12,028 nucleotides of DNA. It comes from a bacterium. GTDB taxonomy: Bacteria; Hinthialibacterota; Hinthialibacteria; Hinthialibacterales; Hinthialibacteraceae. A program made the translations under genes and the position numbers. The notes under the pieces are model-generated. The model made no database searches and was not told where the DNA came from. It saw only the letters and a list, made by a program, of their open reading frames with translations. The stretch covers positions 1 to 12,028 of the forward strand of contig JBHGBC010000177.1 of NCBI GenBank assembly GCA_041946805.1, in the 5' to 3' direction. Of this stretch, positions 1-7,456 are shown in pieces (the first letter of the stretch is position 1; every line of letters begins with the position of its first letter).

Positions 1-1
1 T

Positions 2-1345
2 TTTTCGTGGTGTAAGTATCGTATCCAGTTTTTGGAGATCTTAGTTCACGGATTCAGGTCCATGCTTCGGCAATCCGATAAATTGCGCATTTGGGGCGGC
101 ATGAATCCGGATGAAGTGCTGAAGACATTGGAAAACTTGTTTTTGGGATTTCAGAGCGTTGGCGGACAACGGACATGGTGCGCCATCAGTTTCTTGCCCA
201 TTGCAAGAGAGATCATTGCAAAGGAATGCATATGGCAAGAAACAAAAGCAAATAGGGAAAAGGTTGAAGATTGGAATTCAGCATTAAAATATTTCTCCTC
301 TACTCAAAGGATATTTCTTGCGCGAGGGGGTGAGCTTCTATATTTGCAGTTGTGCAATGCCTTGCGGCAAGAGGCCGAATTCGTTCGAGCCTGGATTAAG
401 GAGACCGGAATCAACCTTGATGACCGGGAACGCGATCCCGCCAGTTTGCACGAAGCGTTGCAACAAGCGCTCGCCGGGGTTCTGAATGCGTGCCCGGAAG
501 GGGTCGGTCATCTGGCGGAATTTTTGGATACCGGGATCGATGAAGAAACGGCTCAATATACAGACCGTGATATCCGTGAAGAAAATGTACATTCGTGCGG
601 TTGGTGTCCGGAAGAGAGTTGGCGGGAGGGAATTTTGTTCGCCGTGGAGTTGCTGCGGCTTAGCGAAGCCGTTGTGGATCCGGTGGAGCGGCTGGAGCTG
701 CTGGAAATCGCCTGCGCCATGCAATTGCTCCGCAGTCTCTGCGCCCAAAGCGCCCGGTACACGGAGCGGCCGGAGGAGGCCCAATCCGCCGGGGGGCCAT
801 GGGGGTATGTGTGGGCGGTTTCCCATCCGGAAGGCAAGCATCCGGTGACGAAACAAATATCCCGCCGCAATGCCGAAGCGGTCCAGAAGATGATCCATGA
901 CGCGATCCGGCATCCCGGTATCCATATCCATGAGGCGGATCCGGAGAAAATTTACAAGGAAGCCGACAGCCGCTATGGCCACAAGTTGTTTCTGACGGTT
1001 GCCAAGCGCTTGGGATTGATCATCCCCAAGCGGGGAACGGGGGCGCGGTTTGTCCTCAATGAGAAGTTGTTGCGTTTCCTGGTGTTGGCCACCATTCGTC
1101 CTGGAGAGCGGGTCACATATGACCGTTTCAAAAAGTTGCTTTTTGCCCATTATGGAATGGCCGTGGACGATGCGAAGATCGGATTATCGTGCCTATGGTC
1201 GGGAACAGCGCGGCTGACGACCTTGGGCGGTGATGCCGACGCCTGGTTGACGGAAATGCTGGACGCGTCCGGCGTGCTGATTCGCCTATCCGACTCCTGT
1301 TCGCTAGTCATCAATCCCTTTAACGGGGGGGAGAGTGGGGCATGA
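2..1345 (+). CDS. DptG/DndG/SspG-like subunit of a PT-associated (FGH-type) restriction complex; 5' partial
   Basis: The frame is open from base 2 (FSWCKYRIQF precedes the TTG at 32), so the gene starts upstream of the window (>=447 aa). The C-terminus (LGLIIPKRGTGARFVLNEKLLRFLV...GERVTYDRFKKLLFAHYGMAVD...LTEMLDASGVLIRLSDS..V) resembles the DptG-type winged-helix end with its 'G.L.R.SDS' motif (1271-1297), as I recall it. Its position immediately before a DptH-like gene, with an ATGA overlap, agrees. Confidence 0.65.
   Translation, partial: FSWCKYRIQFLEILVHGFRSMLRQSDKLRIWGGMNPDEVLKTLENLFLGFQSVGGQRTWCAISFLPIAREIIAKECIWQETKANREKVEDWNSALKYFSSTQRIFLARGGELLYLQLCNALRQEAEFVRAWIKETGINLDDRERDPASLHEALQQALAGVLNACPEGVGHLAEFLDTGIDEETAQYTDRDIREENVHSCGWCPEESWREGILFAVELLRLSEAVVDPVERLELLEIACAMQLLRSLCAQSARYTERPEEAQSAGGPWGYVWAVSHPEGKHPVTKQISRRNAEAVQKMIHDAIRHPGIHIHEADPEKIYKEADSRYGHKLFLTVAKRLGLIIPKRGTGARFVLNEKLLRFLVLATIRPGERVTYDRFKKLLFAHYGMAVDDAKIGLSCLWSGTARLTTLGGDADAWLTEMLDASGVLIRLSDSCSLVINPFNGGESGA
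1330..1335 (+). promoter_or_regulatory. Shine-Dalgarno for the 1342 start; ATGA stop/start overlap at 1342-1345
   Basis: GGAGAG ends 6 nt before ATG 1342. The TGA of gene 1 (1343-1345) overlaps the ATG of gene 2. Confidence 0.7.
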
Positions 1346-4300
1346 AATACTTTTCGCAAAGCGCTTTTTCCTACATACGCAAGCAAGTGGAGCGGCACAG
1401 TGGATCCAACAATAAATTGATGTTCATGCTGCCGGGTTTACCCCCGCCCGTTGTCTGGGACATGGGTGACCGGTTAATGGCATTCTGTAACGAGTTGCCG
1501 AACACTCGATTGCCGCTTGTCAAAGTGGCGGCACCCTTGGTTGAAGAGTGGTTGAATTCGAAAGATCATGATACTCAAAAGAAGGCGCGTAAGGTGGTTG
1601 ATCTGGGTTGGCGGGATGAACAAGAGAACCTGACCGGTTATCGCAATCATCCGCCTGTGGCGGACGGGCTTACGGTGATGCTGCTGATCGGTGTGGACCG
1701 CGTGACCGATTCATCCAGCATGGCCGATTTTCATCATTGCGATCCGCCAACCATCTGGAAAGAAGAACTGGGTGGAAAATTTTCCAGTTGGATTTGCGCA
1801 GTACTGGACAACCTATCCATCGGTTATGAAAATGACACGGTGGAGCATTTTAATTCGATCCTTAATCCTCTTGTAGAGCGCGGATTGGCCGACGTTTTGC
1901 AGATCAGTACTCTGCTAGAAGAACTCCATTTGTCCGCCGCGCAAGATGGCCGCGATGCGGAAAAAGTGTTGCTGTCCAGTTTAAAGCGTTTTGGCTTACC
2001 CGATTTTGGTGCGTTCAAGTTTACCGGAAAGCAGGCATTCAGGACCTACATTGACGATGCGGTATCCTTTTTTTCCTATACGACGTATCTTAATGAACGC
2101 AACCGGAAGAAAGCGTTGGATGCAATCGACAAGTTCGAGGAACATAATCCGGGGGAAGAACTGTTCGATCCCACGGAGAGACGCACTTTCTCCACCGATG
2201 AGGAGTTTATCGAAGCACTTCGAAAATATATCCACACGGCCGATGAGACACTTAAAAAGAAACTTCTGGCCTGCGATTTCGTAACCATCCGCGACCGGGT
2301 ATTGAACTTTCGCGCGCCCAAAGAAACAAAACCCCGAAAAGAGACAGTCATCAAATTGAACGGGGGGCCGATCGAGGTGATACTCACGGCGTTGTGGGCC
2401 ACAATGGATGATTTCAAACGGGCCGCGAATGATCGCGGTGTTTTCGCGCAGGAGGCGCTCCGCGGTATCCGCATCCAGTCCACATTGTTCAAGCATGACT
2501 GTGATGGCGAATCGGGAGATCTGCGGGATGAAAACGCCCGGGTTTATCTCAAACGCTTGCTGGGCGGAGTGGATTGTTTCATTAAAAAATCGATCGACAC
2601 ATCCTGCCTCTGTTCTGATTCACGGAGCGTGCCACTCCAGTCCCAGCTGTTTCGAGAAGACTTGGAATGTAAGCCGGCCCGGACGGCCGAGCCCGCCTTG
2701 GAATTTGAGATACGCATCGATGGCGGGGAGTGGGATGTTGTAAAACCATTTGCCTGGCGTCTCCCCGAGATTCAACCGTACCGGATAGCCGATGAACTCT
2801 TGCAGCGGGGAGCCGATATCCTGGCCAAGGCCGAGGGGTACTGCCTTCCGGTTTTCCATGTTCCCTACTATGAAGAACTAATGCTGGCCAAGGACCATGA
2901 AGAGGTTCACCGGATTCTTAAGCAGTGCCTCAACGAGGATGGCGGCGAGGCCTGCAATCTCCTCGCGGCCGAAAACCTGGATCCGGACGATCCTTTGTTG
3001 CCTTTGATCAGGGAACTGGCCATCAAATATGGCCGATTTCTGAAGAGCGCGAAGACCGACGGCCTCCATGCGGCCCTTCTTGACCGGTGGGATGACTTGC
3101 GAAAGGCCTACGAGAAAACCTGTCATGCTTACTTGAACGATTCCGCCTGCCGGGACAGTTCCCTGGGAGCCCTGCTGTTCCGTTCCTTTTTGATTGTTAA
3201 ACACCGCCCGCCGGAGGAAACGAAGCGATGGATGTGGGAGGAGTACGAGCCTTCCTGCGCCGTGACCGTGTTGCATCCCGCCCTGTTGGAGATGCTGCAG
3301 GCGCATATCCTCTTTCTCCTCACGTCGTTCCTGGCGGCCGCCAAGCAGGAGTTGAAATCGCCGGGGACGCGTTCCTTTCGCCGCTCCGTATGGCAAAACT
3401 ATGTGGATTTAGCCACCATTCAAATGCCGCTTTCGGGTCTCATCAAGGACCGGAACCATATTCTCGATACGGATGTGCGCGGCGAGAATCTGATTCACCG
3501 GATCGGTTCCGTGGGGGATGCCGAGGCCCCGATGTCTACCCGCATGCTTCTCCGGTACGATTCGTTCGATGAAGAGGACGTCTCCGATACGCAATTGTTT
3601 CAAGAAAGCCGGGAGTCGGCGCTCCTAGGCCACATCCTGAAGGACTACCGCATGCTACACCCCCATGCGGATGATGGTCTCCGCCTGGCCGTTTATCAGA
3701 ATCAGGACATTCAACCCTGCATTGCCGCCATTGACGGGTATCTCAAGGACGTCTGCGTGGATCGTACGCGGCCGTATGCCATGGCCGTGACATTTTTCAC
3801 GGAAACCAGTGACGAGAGCGGCGTGGCCCGTTGGCTTGACGAGTGGAAGGAACGTTGGGAAGCCGTTGAAAACCAGGGATCCCGGGGATACTACCGCCAA
3901 GTCCATCTTTCGATCGCCCATCGCATGGTATCACCGGATAATAATTATCAGCAGTTCACGGATTTGGTGAAAGACGGATTGGAGGTGGATATTGCCATCC
4001 TGAATGGATTCATTCGGGCGGGTTCCCAAGGGAATGATTTTGTTCGTGTCGGGCCCTATGATGTCACCACGCGCGCACTGAAGTTTCCGATTCTGGAAAA
4101 ATCATTCTGCGCGTTCCGGGATCCCGGCCGCAAACTGCGACGGGCCCGTATTCTGAGCAACCGGCAGTTCCGCATTACGACTTGGCATGCCGAATTGATG
4201 GCCCGCCTGAAAAACCGTCAAATCTCTCCGGATGCCCACCATGTGGTGCTGGGTTATGGAGACTACACTCCGTGGCAAAGGGTGGTCGACGCGCTTCATC

Positions 4301-6606
4301 AACGGGCGGAGTGGATTGTTTGCATTGATCCCAACGTCGATATCCGCCTGATCGCCGAAAAAGGGAACTCCCCGGAGTCTCCAGAGGCGAGGGAAATCAT
4401 TGGTTTTGGATCCGGAGTCGGGGCGCACGGGGAATCCAACTACACCATATCCACCGAGCAATTCCGGCTTTCGGACATTCTCCATAAATTGACCGCTTCC
4501 ATCCGGGAGGTTTACAGCGGATGGGATCGGGATACGTACTCACAGATCGCGCAAAGCATTCTCAAAGAATCCCAACACATATCGGGCCTATCGCTCGTCC
4601 GGGCTACCGGGATCGGGACCTACATCCACGACTTCATGGCGTATTCTTTGACTCGCAAGTTGTTACAAGCGGCTGACGGTGTTCTCTGTGACCAACTCGT
4701 GTCCCTGGATGCGTATCGTCACTGGTTTGATTTTGCGGAGGAAGAAATCCGGCCCGATCTCTTGTGGCTAACCGTCCGGATGGGTGAGGATGACCGGTTT
4801 CATCTGGATCTGCGGCTGATTGAATGCAAATTAGCTCAGACCTCCGATTGGTATGTCGACAAGGCCCGGGTACAACTGGAGAACGGATTGCGGCATTTGA
4901 TCGCGGTGTTCATGCCTCACGCCGGTCTGGACCAAAGAGAAGACGAAAGGCCGGATCAACGCTACTGGTGGTTGCAACTGCACCGCTTGATCGTTAGCAA
5001 CTCGGGAATTGCCCGAGCCGGCCAAGAACGCATGCTGACAGCCCTCGAGCGCCTCGCGGAGGGGGATTACGACGCCGAGTGGCGGGCGGCCGCGGTTACG
5101 TACTGGACGGACCAGGCTTCACCCGGCATCGCCCAGACGGACACGTGGCCTTTCTCGGTCGAGGGGCAGGAACTCGGCATCGGGATGGTGTCGGCCGGCT
5201 CCGAATTCGTCCGCTGCCTGTGCGAGACCGGCACTCGCGTCACGATGCCTTGGGAAGGAGGAAGCGTGGCCTTTTATGCCTCCCGTATCTCCACCGGTGA
5301 AGAGATGACCGGCGGGCTGGAGGAATTAAATCCGGATGAAGTTGGTGAACATGCAGAGAGGTCAAGACCGGCTGAAGTCACGGTTCCTCCAGTTGAAGAG
5401 GTGGCGCGTATGCCGGAAGAGGACACCGCCATCCCGGTTGAACCGGTGCCGAGGGAGAGCCAGATTCCCGGCCGGATTCTCCTGGGCACGGCCTTCCCCG
5501 GATCCCGGCAGATTTACTGGGAGTTCGGACACAACGGACTGAATAACCGGCACCTGCTCATTTTTGGTTCATCCGGTATGGGCAAGACCTATACAATTCA
5601 GTGCTTGTTGGCTGAGTTGGGGCGAAATGGCCAAAACTCCCTGATCGTGGATTACAGCAACAGTTTCCCCGACAACCAACTGGAGGAAGAGTTCAAGAAC
5701 CTGGTCAATCCTCTCCAACATGTGGTGCGCAAGGAACCGCTGGCAATCAATCCCTTCCGTCAACAGTGTGAAATCATTGGTGAGGAATTGCTTCCGGAAC
5801 CTCCCTCCACAACCGCTCAACGGATCAGTGGCGTGTTTTCCGAGGTCTACAGTTTCGGGGATCAACAGAAATCCGCTTTGTATCAAGCGGTCAAGTCCTG
5901 CCTGGAAAGGACCGGCGGAGCGGAGATGACTCTCAAGAATCTGATTCCCCGCCTGGAGAGACTCGCCGAAGGGAAAGGTCCCGTAAGTCAGGCCGCGACC
6001 AGCGTGATCAGCCGGATCCGGCCCTTTGTCGATCAGAATCCCTTCGGAGCGGAAGATCCCGGGAGTTGGGAACGCCTCTTCACGGATACCGATCATCGAT
6101 GCCATATCATTCAGTTGGCGGGATTCATCCGGGAGGCCGCCCGGCTGGTTACCGAGTTCAGCCTTATCGACCTGTACTGGTTTTACCACGGCCATGGGAC
6201 TCAGGATTCTCCTCACGTGATTGTCTTGGACGAAGTTCAGAATCTCGATCACCGCGATGAGAGTCCGCTCGCGCTATTGCTGCGGGAAGGGCGGAGATTT
6301 GGATTTTCGCTCATCCTCGCCACGCAGATCATGAGCAATCTCGGTAAAGACGAAAAAGACCGCCTCTTTAACGCGGCGCATAAATTGTTTTTCCGTCCGG
6401 CCGATACGGAGATACAAACCTATGCGGAGATCGCCGCGGTTACGACTAACGAAAGGAAGGATGTCTGGTTAAAAAGGTTAGCCGCTCTGAAGAAGGGAGA
6501 ATGTTATTCGCTGGGCCCCAGCTTGAATGAAGCCACCAGGATACTGGAAACCAAGGCTTTCCGGATCCGGATTACATCCTTGGAGGATCGGCTTACCCGT
6601 GCCTGA
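1342..6606 (+). CDS. DptH/DndH/SspH-like large restriction subunit: PD-(D/E)XK nuclease plus C-terminal HerA/FtsK-like (DUF87-type) ATPase, 1754 aa
   Basis: Walker A GSSGMGKT (5566-5589) preceded by NRHLLIF; Walker B VIVLDE (6217-6234); HerA-type arginine finger LLREGRRFG (REGR 6283-6294) and LILATQ (ATQ 6319-6327). Nuclease-like RPD (PD 4753-4758)...IECK (ECK 4822-4830)...ARVQL. Size (~1.7k aa), domain order and adjacency to a DptG-like gene match the DptH family. The ATPase call is strong; the family name is inferred. Confidence 0.78.
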   Translation: MKYFSQSAFSYIRKQVERHSGSNNKLMFMLPGLPPPVVWDMGDRLMAFCNELPNTRLPLVKVAAPLVEEWLNSKDHDTQKKARKVVDLGWRDEQENLTGYRNHPPVADGLTVMLLIGVDRVTDSSSMADFHHCDPPTIWKEELGGKFSSWICAVLDNLSIGYENDTVEHFNSILNPLVERGLADVLQISTLLEELHLSAAQDGRDAEKVLLSSLKRFGLPDFGAFKFTGKQAFRTYIDDAVSFFSYTTYLNERNRKKALDAIDKFEEHNPGEELFDPTERRTFSTDEEFIEALRKYIHTADETLKKKLLACDFVTIRDRVLNFRAPKETKPRKETVIKLNGGPIEVILTALWATMDDFKRAANDRGVFAQEALRGIRIQSTLFKHDCDGESGDLRDENARVYLKRLLGGVDCFIKKSIDTSCLCSDSRSVPLQSQLFREDLECKPARTAEPALEFEIRIDGGEWDVVKPFAWRLPEIQPYRIADELLQRGADILAKAEGYCLPVFHVPYYEELMLAKDHEEVHRILKQCLNEDGGEACNLLAAENLDPDDPLLPLIRELAIKYGRFLKSAKTDGLHAALLDRWDDLRKAYEKTCHAYLNDSACRDSSLGALLFRSFLIVKHRPPEETKRWMWEEYEPSCAVTVLHPALLEMLQAHILFLLTSFLAAAKQELKSPGTRSFRRSVWQNYVDLATIQMPLSGLIKDRNHILDTDVRGENLIHRIGSVGDAEAPMSTRMLLRYDSFDEEDVSDTQLFQESRESALLGHILKDYRMLHPHADDGLRLAVYQNQDIQPCIAAIDGYLKDVCVDRTRPYAMAVTFFTETSDESGVARWLDEWKERWEAVENQGSRGYYRQVHLSIAHRMVSPDNNYQQFTDLVKDGLEVDIAILNGFIRAGSQGNDFVRVGPYDVTTRALKFPILEKSFCAFRDPGRKLRRARILSNRQFRITTWHAELMARLKNRQISPDAHHVVLGYGDYTPWQRVVDALHQRAEWIVCIDPNVDIRLIAEKGNSPESPEAREIIGFGSGVGAHGESNYTISTEQFRLSDILHKLTASIREVYSGWDRDTYSQIAQSILKESQHISGLSLVRATGIGTYIHDFMAYSLTRKLLQAADGVLCDQLVSLDAYRHWFDFAEEEIRPDLLWLTVRMGEDDRFHLDLRLIECKLAQTSDWYVDKARVQLENGLRHLIAVFMPHAGLDQREDERPDQRYWWLQLHRLIVSNSGIARAGQERMLTALERLAEGDYDAEWRAAAVTYWTDQASPGIAQTDTWPFSVEGQELGIGMVSAGSEFVRCLCETGTRVTMPWEGGSVAFYASRISTGEEMTGGLEELNPDEVGEHAERSRPAEVTVPPVEEVARMPEEDTAIPVEPVPRESQIPGRILLGTAFPGSRQIYWEFGHNGLNNRHLLIFGSSGMGKTYTIQCLLAELGRNGQNSLIVDYSNSFPDNQLEEEFKNLVNPLQHVVRKEPLAINPFRQQCEIIGEELLPEPPSTTAQRISGVFSEVYSFGDQQKSALYQAVKSCLERTGGAEMTLKNLIPRLERLAEGKGPVSQAATSVISRIRPFVDQNPFGAEDPGSWERLFTDTDHRCHIIQLAGFIREAARLVTEFSLIDLYWFYHGHGTQDSPHVIVLDEVQNLDHRDESPLALLLREGRRFGFSLILATQIMSNLGKDEKDRLFNAAHKLFFRPADTEIQTYAEIAAVTTNERKDVWLKRLAALKKGECYSLGPSLNEATRILETKAFRIRITSLEDRLTRA
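6582..6586 (+). promoter_or_regulatory. Probable Shine-Dalgarno for a GTG start at 6599
   Basis: GGAGG lies 12 nt upstream of an in-frame GTG (6599), which overlaps the gene 2 stop as GTGCCTGA. The spacing is slightly long. Confidence 0.55.
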
Positions 6607-7447
6607 CAAAAACCAGCCCAATCGGCTGCCACGGAATTTTCACAAGACGTTCAAACCGGAACGCCAGTACATCAACGCCATGCTCCGGTTTGCCGCTTCG
6701 GGACGGGAAGGGGATTATCAGACAATCGCCGCGGCCACGGGCATACCCATGGGCGCTTCCAGCGGCAAAGTCCCCGCGATCCTCGACTATTGTCTGGGAA
6801 TGGGATTGATCCGGATCAGGGAACCGAACCGTTCGGCCGTGAAGAAGCCCGAATTGACTCCCTTCGGGAGGATCGTTCTTCTGGAAGATCCCTACCTGAG
6901 AGAAGGGGTAAGCCAGTGGATCGCTCACCTCAATCTCTGCGGCCCCCTCACGGGCGCGGACGTATGGTATCAAACCTTCTTTTCAGGAATCCAAGCCCTC
7001 GGGATGAGTTTTGAACGGACGAGACTGGAATCGCACCTCAGTTTGATTTACGGCGCCGCCGGGGCCGGCTTGATCGGGCCGCTGATCCGGATGTATGAGG
7101 ACGATGCCGCTTTCCTGGCATGCGGGGTATTGTCCGAAATATCAGGCCACGTGACGCGTAAACCAGCGCCACTCGAGGACGAGTTCGGGGTTGCCTATGG
7201 GGCGTGGATGTTGCAACTATTGCACGATCATTTTCCGAATACCGGTCAAGTCCCGATAACCGATTTGGAGGCCCAAGCCGGCTGGCGCACAATTCCCGGC
7301 TGGGATATTGACAGTCATCAGCGCATTTTGCGATCGATTGAGAGAAAAGGCCTCATCGATGTGGACCGGCATATGGAACCGTGGCTTATCCGGCCGGTGT
7401 CGTCCGTTGAGGAAGCCTGGAAAAAAATCTATTCCGATCTCATGTGA
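6599..7447 (+). CDS. DUF4007-family (SspB / BrxP N-terminal domain-like) winged-helix protein, ~282 aa
   Basis: DUF4007-like hallmarks: N-terminal FHKTF (6638-6652, cf. 'GHETF'), GKVPAILDYCLGMGLI, LTPFGRIVLLEDPYL (6854-6898), QWIAHLNL (6914-6937, cf. 'LWLLHY.L'), and C-terminal wHTH-like QVPITDL...LRSIERKGLIDV. The start is moved from ATG 6527 (80-nt overlap, no SD) to GTG 6599. Confidence 0.72.
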   Translation: MPDKNQPNRLPRNFHKTFKPERQYINAMLRFAASGREGDYQTIAAATGIPMGASSGKVPAILDYCLGMGLIRIREPNRSAVKKPELTPFGRIVLLEDPYLREGVSQWIAHLNLCGPLTGADVWYQTFFSGIQALGMSFERTRLESHLSLIYGAAGAGLIGPLIRMYEDDAAFLACGVLSEISGHVTRKPAPLEDEFGVAYGAWMLQLLHDHFPNTGQVPITDLEAQAGWRTIPGWDIDSHQRILRSIERKGLIDVDRHMEPWLIRPVSSVEEAWKKIYSDLM

Positions 7448-7450
7448 GGA
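7446..7450 (+). promoter_or_regulatory. Shine-Dalgarno for the 7457 start
   Basis: GAGGA overlaps the gene 3 stop (TGAGGA) and ends 6 nt before ATG 7457. Confidence 0.75.
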
Positions 7451-7456
7451 CAAGCC

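Noticed and set aside
32..34. TTG start for gene 1 proposed by the ORF track
   Set aside because: The frame is open to the window edge and there is no SD before 32, so the true start is probably upstream.
338..1150. 270-aa minus-strand ORF
   Set aside because: It lies wholly antisense to the DptG-like gene and has no recognisable motifs; a typical shadow ORF in GC-rich coding DNA.
4116..4127. 12-bp palindrome CCGGGATCCCGG, a similar TCCGGATCCGGA at 6560-6571, and visually frequent GATC/CCGG
   Set aside because: Both lie within coding sequence and are explained by common codons (CGG, GAT, ATC, CCG). I cannot compute enrichment against a codon-aware null, so no link to a PT target motif or operator is supportable.
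5569..6252. 227-aa minus-strand ORF, and other short alternative-frame ORFs such as 7901..8497, 2878..3396 and 8855..9373
   Set aside because: They are antisense or out of frame within strongly supported ATPase genes and show no protein-family features.
5566..6327. Reading the gene 2 ATPase as a conjugative VirB4/TraD coupling protein
   Set aside because: The fold family is shared, but there are no transmembrane segments or T4SS/relaxase genes nearby. The fused nuclease motif and the neighbouring genes point to defence.
6527..6598. ATG 6527 start for the DUF4007-like gene
   Set aside because: It needs an 80-nt overlap with gene 2 and has no SD. GTG 6599 has GGAGG upstream, a compact 8-nt overlap, and begins just before the conserved FHKTF motif.
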